DNA of 64,000 nt from the IMG/VR virus record IMGVR_UViG_2636415425_000001, positions 32,001-96,000 of that record; one strand, 5' to 3'. Position numbers and translations under genes: made by a program. Source of the DNA: a virus (taxonomy: Duplodnaviria; Caudoviricetes). The notes beneath the pieces were generated by a model, which had not been told where the DNA came from, did no database searches, and worked only from the letters and a program-made list of their open reading frames with translations. How positions within the stretch are numbered: position 1 is the first letter of the stretch; every line of letters starts with the position of its first letter. Of this stretch, positions 47,008 to 56,334 are shown piece by piece.

Positions 47008-47831
47008 AGCCCGCACATCCCTTCGCAATCGTTGTTGAAGAGATCCGGCTGGCCACGCTCTTCGCTCGTCGAGAAGTCGACCTGGTCGAGCGGCTTCATT
47101 GAACGGTGCAGGTACGGCTTCAGCCGTAAGTGCCGTGAATAGCCGGACTCCGGCGAGCGGATTGCGTGGTCGACCTCGACTGCCTGTTGCCATCCGGCTG
47201 GATCGCGGTTGCGCAAATCACGCCATTGATGGTCGCTGCGATACGGACAGAACGTACATGCGCTTTTCGGTGGTTCCGGATAACCGTTCCGGCGCAGCCA
47301 CTGCAGGCAATCCCATCGGGACATGCGCTTTTCGATCAGCGGCCAGCGGTTCACCTGCCACGCATTGCGCGCAGGCTTCATCCGGACCGCCTCATCGGTT
47401 GAGATGCCGATCCAGACTTCCATGCTTGCCGCTGGAATGCGCTTGCGCGGGGCGAAGCCAAGCAACTCGCGCTGCTTCTTCAAAAGCGGCTCAATCTTGT
47501 ATTCCTTGGTGCACTGTCGGCGGCCGAGCCCGTCCTCACCATTTCCTCGATCGAGGAAGGCCGGGATGGCCGCATACCGACGCTTTCCGCCGCCGTTGGT
47601 GCCCGCGAACAACGCCGTGTGCAGGGCCTCTGGCTTGCGCGTGGTGTGGACCGGAAAGGGCAGGACGTTAGGCGACATCAGCCAGCGGAGATGTTCATAA
47701 ACGGGTGCTGGCTCGCTTCCGGTGTCCGCGAATATCGCGGCATCCGGCATCGGTCCGATTTCGCCATGCGCCGCCATCAGCGCCATAGTGGTGCTCTGGA
47801 CGCCGGCACCGAGGGAGATGACGCGCATCAT
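47004..47831 (-). CDS. PAPS-reductase/adenine-nucleotide alpha-hydrolase-like protein
   Basis: ISLGAGVQST, FADTG, RQCTKEYKI, IGISTDE, KSACTFCPY, CEGMCG. Confidence 0.75.
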   Translation of the reverse strand: MMRVISLGAGVQSTTMALMAAHGEIGPMPDAAIFADTGSEPAPVYEHLRWLMSPNVLPFPVHTTRKPEALHTALFAGTNGGGKRRYAAIPAFLDRGNGEDGLGRRQCTKEYKIEPLLKKQRELLGFAPRKRIPAASMEVWIGISTDEAVRMKPARNAWQVNRWPLIEKRMSRWDCLQWLRRNGYPEPPKSACTFCPYRSDHQWRDLRNRDPAGWQQAVEVDHAIRSPESGYSRHLRLKPYLHRSMKPLDQVDFSTSEERGQPDLFNNDCEGMCGL

Positions 47832-48181
47832 GGGGCGCCTCCCACGAAGTACGCGCGCAGGGCCTCCTCGGCCGCGGTCCGCTCCGAGATCCGATGTTCG
47901 TGGGCATAGGCGCGGATGGCGCGGCGGACCTCCGGCAGCGGGCGCACAACGATCCCATCCCCGACACCCGGCTCCGGGATACTCAGCGTCCGAGCCTTGC
48001 CCGGAACGCGCAGCAGCGCGCCGCGATAGACGAGACTGTCGATCAGGTGCGAGATCGTGCCACGCCCCCGGATCCCGAGATGGTCGGCGATCTCCCGATA
48101 CGATGGCGATGCACCGTGCTGCTCGACGTGATGCCTGACGAATTGAACGCACTGCGCCTGGACGTTGGTGAGGCCCATCAT
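47828..48181 (-). CDS. LexA-type wHTH protein
   Basis: LTNVQ...GASPSYREIADHLG...GKARTL. Confidence 0.8.
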   Translation of the reverse strand: MMGLTNVQAQCVQFVRHHVEQHGASPSYREIADHLGIRGRGTISHLIDSLVYRGALLRVPGKARTLSIPEPGVGDGIVVRPLPEVRRAIRAYAHEHRISERTAAEEALRAYFVGGAP

Positions 48182-48423
48182 GCTGGACCTCCCGCCGGCA
48201 ACGTCGGCTTGATCACTTCGTCAGCAAATCGCGAGAAGACATCGTATGTCTTCTCCCGTCCGATCGATCCGACCAGGTAGGACGCGATGGCCTGGAGGTG
48301 TGCGTCGATCACAAGCGCCGCAACGTCCTTGCCGCCGGCGTGCTCGACCGTCATCAGGGAGGCGATGCACTCCTTGCGGGCGTAGTCTTTCATGATGGTC
48401 GAGGCGCCGGGGTTCATGACCAT
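48178..48423 (-). CDS. Hypothetical protein
   Basis: 81 aa, in operon. Confidence 0.55.
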   Translation of the reverse strand: MVMNPGASTIMKDYARKECIASLMTVEHAGGKDVAALVIDAHLQAIASYLVGSIGREKTYDVFSRFADEVIKPTLPAGGPA

Positions 48424-48983
48424 GACGTGGCCGCCCTCTGTGCCCGGTGATGATCCTGAATTCGGAGCGACCGCTGCTCCTGCGTCTCCCTGCCCCGACG
48501 GTTCTGCGTCGGCTGATACGCCAGCCGAGTGTGATGCGCGCAGTACGGCAGACCGGCGAGCGCGCGACCGCTGCAGAAATAGAAATCCGGCGTCGTGGGA
48601 TCTCCGATCGGCCAGCGGCAGTCGCCGTCACGAAGGTCGAGAATTCCCTTCCGCTGATCTTGAGGGACGCCGGGATCGAAGTCGGTCGCGGACTGGTGCG
48701 GCTCAGCACTCTCCTCGAGGATAGGCTCCTGTGCCTGGGCAAACACCTGGCGGATTGCGGACTGCCGGCGAGACGGCGCGGCTGTACGCTTCCGTTTCGG
48801 CGCCTCGATTTCCCGGACCTGCTTGGGTCGGCTGTTGGCCATGCCCAGACGGTGAAGCTTCCCGATGACCGCGTTGCGTGTCACCTGGCCGAGTTCGGCG
48901 GCGATCTGCGAGCATGACAAACCTGCCGCGAACAGTTCCTTCAAACGCGTGATGCGATCGTCGCTCCAGGTTGACGGCTTCAT
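48414..48983 (-). CDS. gcrA: GcrA cell-cycle regulator homolog
   Basis: WSDDRITRLKELFAAGLSCSQIAAELG.VTRNAVIGKLHRL; CRWPIGDP, FYFC, YCAHH. Confidence 0.92.
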   Translation of the reverse strand: MKPSTWSDDRITRLKELFAAGLSCSQIAAELGQVTRNAVIGKLHRLGMANSRPKQVREIEAPKRKRTAAPSRRQSAIRQVFAQAQEPILEESAEPHQSATDFDPGVPQDQRKGILDLRDGDCRWPIGDPTTPDFYFCSGRALAGLPYCAHHTRLAYQPTQNRRGRETQEQRSLRIQDHHRAQRAATSWS

Positions 48984-49220
48984 CGGCGCGCCGCCTTTCG
49001 TCGGGCGGCACGGATCTCAGCGAACGGCTTCTCGCAGCGGCTATCCAGCCACTTCGAGACGTCGAACCACCAGCTTCCCAACTTGATCCAGCTTTCGCCG
49101 CACGATGTGCAGCAGGTGCTGATAGCGACGGCCTGATCGGCCAGGAATGCAAACACGCAGAAGCTCGCTTTAACAATGCGCCGCGAATTCGCGCGGCTCG
49201 TACTCAGACCGACCGCCCGT

Positions 49221-49652
49221 TCAGCGCCGGGTCAACTCCATGTGGATCTGCCGCTCATCGGCCTCGCGCCGCACGCGCTTCACCTCGGCCTCTGCCTCGG
49301 CGAGCCGGCGCTCGAGTATCCGGCGAGTCAGCCAACGCTCGCGTGTCTCTTCGGGGATGTGCGCCCAGAGCGCGTCGATGCACTCGAGGCCTTCCGGCCC
49401 CGCGCAGACGTTGAGGAAATGTTCGAGGTCGATGACGCGATTGCTGGCGGTCCAATTATCGACGGTGCTCAGAGAGCACTGCGCACGCGCAGCCATCGTT
49501 TTGCGGAAGCTACCGCCGGTCATCGCGTTGCGACAAACCCGAATGATTTCAGCGGTTATCTTCGCGGCTCTTACGTTCGTAGAAATCGGTTTGCACGAAC
49601 GTAGGACGGGTTCGTTTGCATTGATCGAAGCGGCAAGCGATGCTGTTCCCAT
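49221..49652 (-). CDS. CII-like HTH regulator
   Basis: KTMAARAQCSLSTVDNW; downstream of cro; SD AGGGAG. Confidence 0.55.
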   Translation of the reverse strand: MGTASLAASINANEPVLRSCKPISTNVRAAKITAEIIRVCRNAMTGGSFRKTMAARAQCSLSTVDNWTASNRVIDLEHFLNVCAGPEGLECIDALWAHIPEETRERWLTRRILERRLAEAEAEVKRVRREADERQIHMELTRR

Positions 49653-49997
49653 GATGAATGCTCCCTTTTTTCACAAACACAATTCGAGCGTCGCCGTGGT
49701 GTCGACGCCTGACAAAGATGACGACTGGGCGCGCGCCGCCCTGGCCGGAACACGAATGCTGATTGCGGAAGAGTGCTTCGATGCGATGTTGCAGATGCTG
49801 ATCGATGCCGGCTTGGTGCCGAGGAGTTGTGCCGCGGTCATGCTCGACCGCCTTTCGGAGAAGCTGCTTCTGCACGCCTCGGGACGAACGGAAACGCACT
49901 GGGCGATCCGAGTGCCGGAATTGATCGACCAGGCGACGAGGTTGTCGACGAAAGCCGCGACGCTGAAAACTGTGATCGGCGGCGTGTCATGACGCCC

Positions 49998-50258
49998 TCA
50001 CCGGCCAGCGGTGTCAGCGGGCGCCCGCGCAGCGACGTTGGCGGCGTAGAGTTCCTCGGCTGTGACGTCGCACAGCCCGCGGATCACGCCCCAATGTCGG
50101 TCGGGAATGCCGATCTTGGACCATTTGTAGACGGCCTCGATCGTGACCACCCCGTCAGAGGCCTTCGCGATCTCCGCAGCGCCGCCGGCGTACTTGATGA
50201 TTTCGGGAACCGTCTTTGGACGATCGGCGGGCGGAGTGTCTGCGGAGGCATCTGTCAT
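49998..50258 (-). CDS. cro: Cro-like repressor
   Basis: IIKYAGGAAEIAK...EAVYKWSKIGIPDRHW; divergent from cI. Confidence 0.8.
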   Translation of the reverse strand: MTDASADTPPADRPKTVPEIIKYAGGAAEIAKASDGVVTIEAVYKWSKIGIPDRHWGVIRGLCDVTAEELYAANVAARAPADTAGR

Positions 50259-50263
50259 GGCCT

Positions 50264-50329
50264 CTGGAATTTACTGGAATTTAATTCCGGAAACAAGTCA
50301 TCCGAATTCTATTCCGAAAATAATTCCAG
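50264..50329. promoter_or_regulatory. cI/cro operators (CTGGAA-N5-TTCCRG type)
   Basis: CTGGAATTTAATTCCGG at 50274-50290 plus degenerate copies up to TTCCAG at 50329, in an AT-rich divergent spacer. Confidence 0.7.
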
Positions 50330-50378
50330 TTCCTATGCTGGACCCGTGGAGAATCTGGAACCCGACAAAGGACTTACC

Positions 50379-51128
50379 TTGGAGACACCGCCCCTACTGT
50401 GGAACCACCGACTGCGCGCTGCTCGCAGGTCGAAGGGTGTTTCGGTACCCGATCTCGCGCGCGTCATCGTTGGCAGCAACGATGCCGATGCGATCGCCGC
50501 GATGGTCCAGAAAATTTATAGCTACGAGAAGATCTCGGCGAAGCAAAAGCCCGTCGAGCAACCGCGTGGCAAAACGATGGAGCAACTGGCAACTGCGCTC
50601 GGCGTGAGCGTCGAATGGTTGCGCGACGGTAAAGCAACCTCGGGTAACCATATCTCGGATGAGACGATTGTTGCCCTTGACGAAAATATGGTTACCCCAA
50701 ACCTTACGGGCGAACAAAGAGAAACAAAATACTCGCGGAAAACTGTGCCTATCTACGGTCGAGCCGCGGGTGGTCGTGAGGGAAGGTTCATCTTGAACGG
50801 GGAAAAAGTTGGGGAGATCCTGCGCCCACCGAGCCTCGAAGCAGTCGCCGAAGGTTACGTCGTGGAGCAGAGCGGAGACTCGATGTCTCCAGCAATCAAG
50901 GATGGGTACAAGGTCTACGTCAATCCGAAGCGCCCATACCATCGCGGCTCGCTGGTGGTCGTGCAGATCAAGACCGGCGTCGAAAACGAATTCGACGGCT
51001 ACGCGAAGGAGTTTGTCTCCTTCTCGCGGAAGGAACTGATACTCGAGCAGTACAATCCGCCGAAGCAACTCCGGTTTGCCGCGAACCTGGTCGAAAGCAT
51101 CCACGCAATTGTGGGCGTGGAGTTTTGA
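50379..51128 (+). CDS. cI: CI-like repressor (XRE HTH plus S24 peptidase)
   Basis: RLRAARR...LATALGVSVEWL; GRAAGG cleavage region, GDSMSP, YAKEF. Start is TTG 50379 (SD AAGGA) or GTG 50346. Confidence 0.88.
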   Translation: METPPLLWNHRLRAARRSKGVSVPDLARVIVGSNDADAIAAMVQKIYSYEKISAKQKPVEQPRGKTMEQLATALGVSVEWLRDGKATSGNHISDETIVALDENMVTPNLTGEQRETKYSRKTVPIYGRAAGGREGRFILNGEKVGEILRPPSLEAVAEGYVVEQSGDSMSPAIKDGYKVYVNPKRPYHRGSLVVVQIKTGVENEFDGYAKEFVSFSRKELILEQYNPPKQLRFAANLVESIHAIVGVEF

Positions 51129-51174
51129 CAGCCACCACATCTGGTGGCGTCGACTCTGGCGCGGAAAGATTCAA

Positions 51175-51434
51175 TGATGCCGGCATACATCGTCACGAGC
51201 GAGAACGATGCGGCGTCAAAACACTGCAAAAACCGTTATTTCCGCGGTCACTCCGTCGTCTGGACAAGCAATGATCTCCAGCACTTTCGGATCCATCCGG
51301 AGACTACGATCGATGAGCTCGGTCAGCACATCCACTGCTCCCGTTGCCGCGGCCAGGGTGGCTGGGGCTGGAACGTCGAGATCTACCCTCGCCGCGTTTA
51401 TCCTGATCAGTCTTGGCGCCGGCGCGCGGGTTGA
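51175..51434 (+). CDS. Small Zn-ribbon-like protein
   Basis: C..H...CSRC; directly after cI; start uncertain. Confidence 0.4.
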
Positions 51435-51777
51435 AGCCGCTCAGCCGTCTGAGGAGTCGATCCGCGCCGCTCGCGCCGAGATCACCCGCATGAGCGAGCC
51501 GGAGCTGCGATCGCTGCTAAATTACTTTGCGGAATGCACCGACCGAACGACGATGAACCAGGCGGTGAGGCAGGCTTGCAAAGCGGCGTTCGTCAAGTAC
51601 CAGACCGAGTTCGGCGGGAAGCGAACCGTCGACAAGCTGATCGCGGAACAGGAAGAGCTCGGCGATATCCAGCGCACCTTCCGCGCCACTGGCCAGGCGA
51701 CGGACTCGAGCTATGTCGAGACCGTTGATCGGCAGCTTCGCCAAGCTGTCGGCGACGCGCTAAAGGCCCATCGCTAG
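51431..51777 (+). CDS. Hypothetical helical protein (start uncertain)
   Basis: C-terminal part of ORF 51208..51777 with a Cys pair and a hydrophobic segment upstream. Confidence 0.35.
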
Positions 51778-52283
51778 CGCGACAACCTCGCGGCGAGCGC
51801 GTTTCGGATCGTCGGTAGCCGCTCGACGAATTCGGCGATGCCGGCGAGCTCTTCGCGAGCCGCCCTTACCTCCACCATCATCTCGGCGATCGTCGGCAGG
51901 AACTTGGACTTCTGCCGCCAGCGCCGGCACGCCATTTCGACCGCGCCGAACGACGGATCCAGCGACATGACGTCGTCGCGGAGGAACTGGCCGAAGACCC
52001 CGGCATCTTGGCTGCCGGCGTTCGGGTACGCCTTCACCAGCAAGCCCAAATAGGCGACGGCGCCAGCGACAGGGATCGGCGCCAGCGCCTGTTCCAGCGC
52101 CGCTCGGTTCTCACGGTGAACCGCGATGGCCTTGTCCACCTGCCCCAGGAGTTCGACACTCGGTTCGTCGGCCAGCGCAGCTGCCTCGCGGGCTGCGGCA
52201 ATTGCGCGTAGCGGCGGCTCGAGTCCTGAGAACGATGGCGGTGCCGGCGGCTTCCCGCGTTGCGGTTCAACGAGATCGCGCAT
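51774..52283 (-). CDS. Replication accessory/helicase-loader-like protein
   Basis: ACRRWRQKSKFLPTIAEM motif; directly downstream of the initiator. Confidence 0.6.
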   Translation of the reverse strand: MRDLVEPQRGKPPAPPSFSGLEPPLRAIAAAREAAALADEPSVELLGQVDKAIAVHRENRAALEQALAPIPVAGAVAYLGLLVKAYPNAGSQDAGVFGQFLRDDVMSLDPSFGAVEMACRRWRQKSKFLPTIAEMMVEVRAAREELAGIAEFVERLPTIRNALAARLSR

Positions 52284-53139
52284 GGAAATCCCCCTCTGTT
52301 AGTCCGGCCATCATGCCGTCAATCGCGGTGTCGGCGCGGCTCGGCGCCGGCGCGCCGCCACCTCGAGTTGATCGGCGGTCGTAGTCATTGCCAACCCAGG
52401 TCCGCCATGCGGCGTCCCAGTCGGCCATCAGGTTGCCCCTGCTGGTGTGGAAGTTCTTGAACTTCTCCGCCTGAAACCGGATGTGGTCGTCGTTCCAGCC
52501 GCGCTCGCGGGCGTACTTCCATCCCGCTTCAGGAAGCTGCCAGTCGTCAGGAATCTTCGTCCTGCGCCCGGTCGTCTGCCGCTTCTTGCGCTTTGGCTGC
52601 TGCTCATCGGCCGGAGCATCATCGCCAAAAAGGCCTTGGGCCGGGACCAGTTTGCGCCCGGCAACGGGCGCCATATGATCTTCCCCTTCTTCCTTTCTTA
52701 GATTTTTTATTTCTTCTGTATTGTGCTGGCCCTGTGCTGGCGCTGTGCTGGGACCTTGCTGACGCTGTGCTGGGACGTTGTCGTCCACTGTGTCATCAGC
52801 TTGATCGTCACCCTGATAATGATCGTAGTTGCAAACGGTTATGACGGTCACCCCCTTGTCGGACCGTGTGTTGATCATGCCCTCTCTCTCGAGACGACCC
52901 AGATAGCCCCTCACCGCTCCTACGCTCCATAGCCAGTTTTCCGCGAGAAACCGCAGCGAGCCGGCGAGCTCGCCGCGATCGAGATCGACGAAGAACTGAC
53001 CGAACCGACGCTGCCGCGGCTTCCACGCCGCTTCCTTGATCATCCAGATGAAGGCCTCGCGCTCGGTCATCGCCGATGGCCTGAAAAACTCGTGCCCGTA
53101 CAGCGAGCGAAAGAGCTTGATGTAGCCTCGGGAACTCAC
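52267..53139 (-). CDS. Phage replication initiator (lambda O-like)
   Basis: GYIKLFRSL, wHTH, VITVCNYDHYQ, C-terminal DWDAAWRTW. GTG 53139 has SD GGAG; the ORF is open to 53214. Confidence 0.85.
   Translation of the reverse strand: MSSRGYIKLFRSLYGHEFFRPSAMTEREAFIWMIKEAAWKPRQRRFGQFFVDLDRGELAGSLRFLAENWLWSVGAVRGYLGRLEREGMINTRSDKGVTVITVCNYDHYQGDDQADDTVDDNVPAQRQQGPSTAPAQGQHNTEEIKNLRKEEGEDHMAPVAGRKLVPAQGLFGDDAPADEQQPKRKKRQTTGRRTKIPDDWQLPEAGWKYARERGWNDDHIRFQAEKFKNFHTSRGNLMADWDAAWRTWVGNDYDRRSTRGGGAPAPSRADTAIDGMMAGLTEGDFHARSR
52681..52773. other. Replication origin: AT-rich tract plus iterons inside the initiator gene
   Basis: TGTGCTGG at 52722, 52733, 52744 and 52766 (degenerate at 52755), 11-bp period, adjacent to a T-rich tract at 52681-52721. 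Confidence 0.75.
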
Positions 53140-53222
53140 CCCATAGATCTCCGACCTGGCATTTCGACTGGATGGCGGCGGGCCCGTCGTGGCGGACCTC
53201 GGTCCAGTCGTCATAATCCGGT

Positions 53223-53280
53223 CTGGAATTTATTTCCAGTTTTTTATTGACATGTCCCCGCGTCTGGAATTATCTTCCAG
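53223..53280 (+). promoter_or_regulatory. Sigma70 promoter flanked by two 17-bp operators
   Basis: CTGGAATTTATTTCCAG at 53223-53239, TTGACA at 53247, CTGGAATTATCTTCCAG at 53264-53280 overlapping the -10 TATCTT. Confidence 0.8.
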
Positions 53281-53300
53281 ATGCCACGGGAGACTTGCTT

Positions 53301-53492
53301 TTGACCATCACGACATCAATCGCCGATCCGGCCGCCCTCGAAGAAGGGCAACGCTGCCCGATCAAGGGCTGCGACGGCACTGTCGTGTTGGTCCGCGCAG
53401 GCGATTGCTCCTGCCACATCGCTCCGCCCTGCCCGGCCTGCACCGATGCTCACTTGGCCTGCGATGTCTGCGGTGAGGAGCGCCGCCCATGA
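53301..53492 (+). CDS. Small Cys-rich protein
   Basis: 63 aa; CSCHIAPPCPAC; SD GGGAG. Confidence 0.65.
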   Translation: MTITTSIADPAALEEGQRCPIKGCDGTVVLVRAGDCSCHIAPPCPACTDAHLACDVCGEERRP

Positions 53493-53710
53493 CGGTGATC
53501 GCTTACATCGCCACGGCAATCTTCTTCACCGGGGTCGGCTTTCTGGTCGCGGCCGTTTGGAGCCAGCGGGCAATCGACCGGCTCACCGAGCAGCGAAACC
53601 GCCTGATCGGCGGCTTGCAACATGCCGGAGCGCAGTTCCGCGCGATCGGACTCGACGCCGCCGCCGACAAGGCCTTCGCCGCAGCCGACGTGACGAAGGA
53701 GCCGGTCTAA
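53489..53710 (+). CDS. Small membrane-anchored protein
   Basis: 73 aa; N-terminal TM; ATGA-coupled. Confidence 0.6.
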   Translation: MTVIAYIATAIFFTGVGFLVAAVWSQRAIDRLTEQRNRLIGGLQHAGAQFRAIGLDAAADKAFAAADVTKEPV

Positions 53711-54039
53711 TGCTGATCCGTGTCTCCGGCAAAAGCGACTGGCGGAAGTTCTTTTTCGATGCACCTGCCATCACGGTCGACGGACGGACCGTGATCGACG
53801 TGATCGAGGCCGACGACGAGGCCGGATACGTCATCCGCTACATGCGCGGCGAGGACGGCCAGTTGATCGAGGACGGCTACCGCTACGCAACCATCCGCGA
53901 GGATGGCGTCGTCACGATCACCGGACGCCGCCGCTGGAGCCCGGACGATGCTCGGGCCGCGGCGCAGACCAAGCGCGATCGCCGCGCCGTCCGCAACCTC
54001 GATGTTCAACGTCGAGCCGGAAAGGACGTCACGGCATGA
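53710..54039 (+). CDS. Hypothetical protein
   Basis: 109 aa; VIEADDEAGYVIRY. Confidence 0.65.
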   Translation: MLIRVSGKSDWRKFFFDAPAITVDGRTVIDVIEADDEAGYVIRYMRGEDGQLIEDGYRYATIREDGVVTITGRRRWSPDDARAAAQTKRDRRAVRNLDVQRRAGKDVTA

Positions 54040-54353
54040 CCGACCTTTCCTTCGATCCGACCGCCATCATCGACGACCTTTCGTTCCGCGCCGGGTATCT
54101 CGAGGCGGCGCAGATCCAGACCATTGAGCGACTGCGGGCGCTTGCCGCGCGCGGCGGCGCAACGGCGGACGAACTGCGCCTTGCGATCGCCGGGCTCGCC
54201 ATCGACACGCACAAGGGTTTTGCCGCGCTCCAGGTCGGTGCGGCTGCGCGGATGGCTGCCCGCAATGCCGCCACTACTCCTGAGGTGTGCGCGAAGATCC
54301 TGCAATTTCCGCCGCGCGACGGCGAGACAAGGCCGGAGGCCTTCTCGTCATGA
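54036..54353 (+). CDS. Hypothetical protein
   Basis: 105 aa; coupled. Confidence 0.6.
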   Translation: MTDLSFDPTAIIDDLSFRAGYLEAAQIQTIERLRALAARGGATADELRLAIAGLAIDTHKGFAALQVGAAARMAARNAATTPEVCAKILQFPPRDGETRPEAFSS

Positions 54354-54372
54354 CGCATGCGGCGAACACGAA

Positions 54373-54449
<77 letters not shown>

Positions 54450-54990
54450 TTCCCGTATCCGAGCGAGCGGAGGATGCATTGTCCGTACGCGCGAACTCGG
54501 TGCTGCATCTGGGCCAGTGCGCGCCGGCCGGCCAGGCAGATGCAAGTGTCGGGTGCGCCCAACTCCCTGTTCTCAATTCTCGCGGCGACACAAGGGGCCA
54601 GGTCAGCGACCCAGCGGACGCGGCTGGTGTGAGAGTCGGCACCGAACTTTTCATCGGGCATGACAAGCAACCGAAACCGGACTCGAAGTCAGGGCCTCGC
54701 AAGGCGTCCGGCTGCCCTGTGTTCTCCGGCCCCGCAATGTCGATTACAGCCGGGCAAGCGCCCGGCCCGCGAGATGCATTTTCAATTCCGACCACTGCAC
54801 TGGGGTCATCGGGGCGGCCACTCGCCTTGATGACGGATCTATCGCCGGCTCACCTGACGTGGACGCGAAGCCGGCGATACCAAACCCTAGAAGGTCGAGG
54901 CCCTGCCGAGGACAGGACAGGCGGGTGCCTAGCAGCGAGGGCGGTCAAATACCCGGCACGGCGGGGAGCCTCGCCCCGTGTGCTCATTTC
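54450..54990 (+). ncRNA. Putative structured non-coding RNA(s)
   Basis: Many nested helices with G-U pairs (see findings); no convincing ORF. Confidence 0.55.
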
Positions 54991-55008
54991 ATCTGTGGAG
55001 GCGCCCCC

Positions 55009-55233
55009 GTGATCACGGCATCCCTCCCACCGACTTGGACCCGCCTCATCTTCGCGCCGGCCGCGGAACGCGCAGCGGCGACTCCAGAAGAGCGCGCCGC
55101 CTACGACAATTATGTCGAGCGGCTGATGGCTCGGCCGGAGGACTTCGGATTTCGGCACGAAACACCCGAGGACGTCGCGGCGGATGACCGCTTCGACACC
55201 GCCCTCGCCGCAGAAAATCAGGATTGGGGATAG
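55009..55233 (+). CDS. Hypothetical protein
   Basis: 74 aa; SD GGAGG. Confidence 0.6.
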   Translation: MITASLPPTWTRLIFAPAAERAAATPEERAAYDNYVERLMARPEDFGFRHETPEDVAADDRFDTALAAENQDWG

Positions 55234-55237
55234 CCCA

Positions 55238-55489
55238 ATGGCACATCCAGGAATGACCCGGTGCACGCCGGACACCTTCGACCTCGACCTCACCGGCGCC
55301 TATGCCGTGATCCTTCGCGCCTACGGCATGACCTATGAGGGCACCGTCGACGAGATCGAAGCGCGCGCGTTCAAGATCCTGTGGAATCCGGGCGAAGCGC
55401 GCCCGTATTCCCAGGTCAAGCCGCGGCTGACGGCGGCGATCGCCTTGGCGCGCCGCGACGGCGCCATCGACCTGTCGGTGGCGGCATGA
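55238..55489 (+). CDS. Hypothetical protein
   Basis: 83 aa, in operon. Confidence 0.6.
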   Translation: MAHPGMTRCTPDTFDLDLTGAYAVILRAYGMTYEGTVDEIEARAFKILWNPGEARPYSQVKPRLTAAIALARRDGAIDLSVAA

Positions 55490-55662
55490 CGCTCGAACGC
55501 GCCGTCATCGTGATCCTGCTGGCCTTCATCATTGCCCTGCTCGCCGGCGGCAACACGGTTGAGGGCTTCGGCATCGGGCTGCTGGTCGGCCTCGTGCTGG
55601 GTGCGCCTGTCGGCGCGGCCTTTGTCACCGATCGTCAACGTAAGGAGCCGACCCCGAGATGA
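55486..55662 (+). CDS. Small two-TM membrane protein
   Basis: 58 aa hydrophobic; ATGA-coupled. Confidence 0.6.
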   Translation: MTLERAVIVILLAFIIALLAGGNTVEGFGIGLLVGLVLGAPVGAAFVTDRQRKEPTPR

Positions 55663-55764
55663 ATGCTGTCCGGACATTGACGCGTGAAGTTGCGGCGTTC
55701 CTCGCGATCGCGGCGATGATTTTTGGCTGCATCGTCACGGCGGCGTCAGCGATGGGAGTTGGCC

Positions 55765-56328
55765 ATGGCTGAACAGCGGCGCATCGAACTCGATCCGACC
55801 GTGTTGCTACGGCTCGGCGCCAACATGGAAACCATCGGTCAGGCCTGGCAGGCCGACGTCGATGAATTGAACACGGCACGCGACCAGATCGCGATGCTGA
55901 GACGCGAGCTCGACCAGGCGGACGACCGCGCGGCCAACTATCAGGCGGACCTCACGGCGACACGGGCAGAAGTCCGGCAGTTGCTCGAGCGGAACGCCTT
56001 CCTCGAGGCGCACACCAAGCGCCTTTTCGACACGGCTCACGATGTCGGCGACAGCATGAAGTCGCTCGCCGAGTCTGCCGTTGACGTCGCGCGCCGAGCG
56101 CCGGCAGTGGCGCCGGCCGTCGCTCCGGTGCGTGCCGACGGCACCACGGCGCCGCGGCCCTCGGTGGTCGCGGCGCCGCCCGGACCCGCGCCGGTTCAGC
56201 GGCCGCGCACCTTGGACGATGTCCGCCGGGAGCAGCTGGCCGCGGCCGACGACGAGGAAGACGGCACCGGCCTGCCGCCGGGCAAACCGCAGTTCCTCAG
56301 AACCCCACTTCCAACCGTTGCACCGTAG
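55765..56328 (+). CDS. Coiled-coil protein
   Basis: 187 aa; SD GGGAG. Confidence 0.65.
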   Translation: MAEQRRIELDPTVLLRLGANMETIGQAWQADVDELNTARDQIAMLRRELDQADDRAANYQADLTATRAEVRQLLERNAFLEAHTKRLFDTAHDVGDSMKSLAESAVDVARRAPAVAPAVAPVRADGTTAPRPSVVAAPPGPAPVQRPRTLDDVRREQLAAADDEEDGTGLPPGKPQFLRTPLPTVAP

Positions 56329-56334
56329 GTTCGC

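Noticed and set aside
49773-50378. 451-aa version of cI from the ORF track
   Set aside because: The upstream extension overlaps cro and the operators; the HTH begins only after about 50400.
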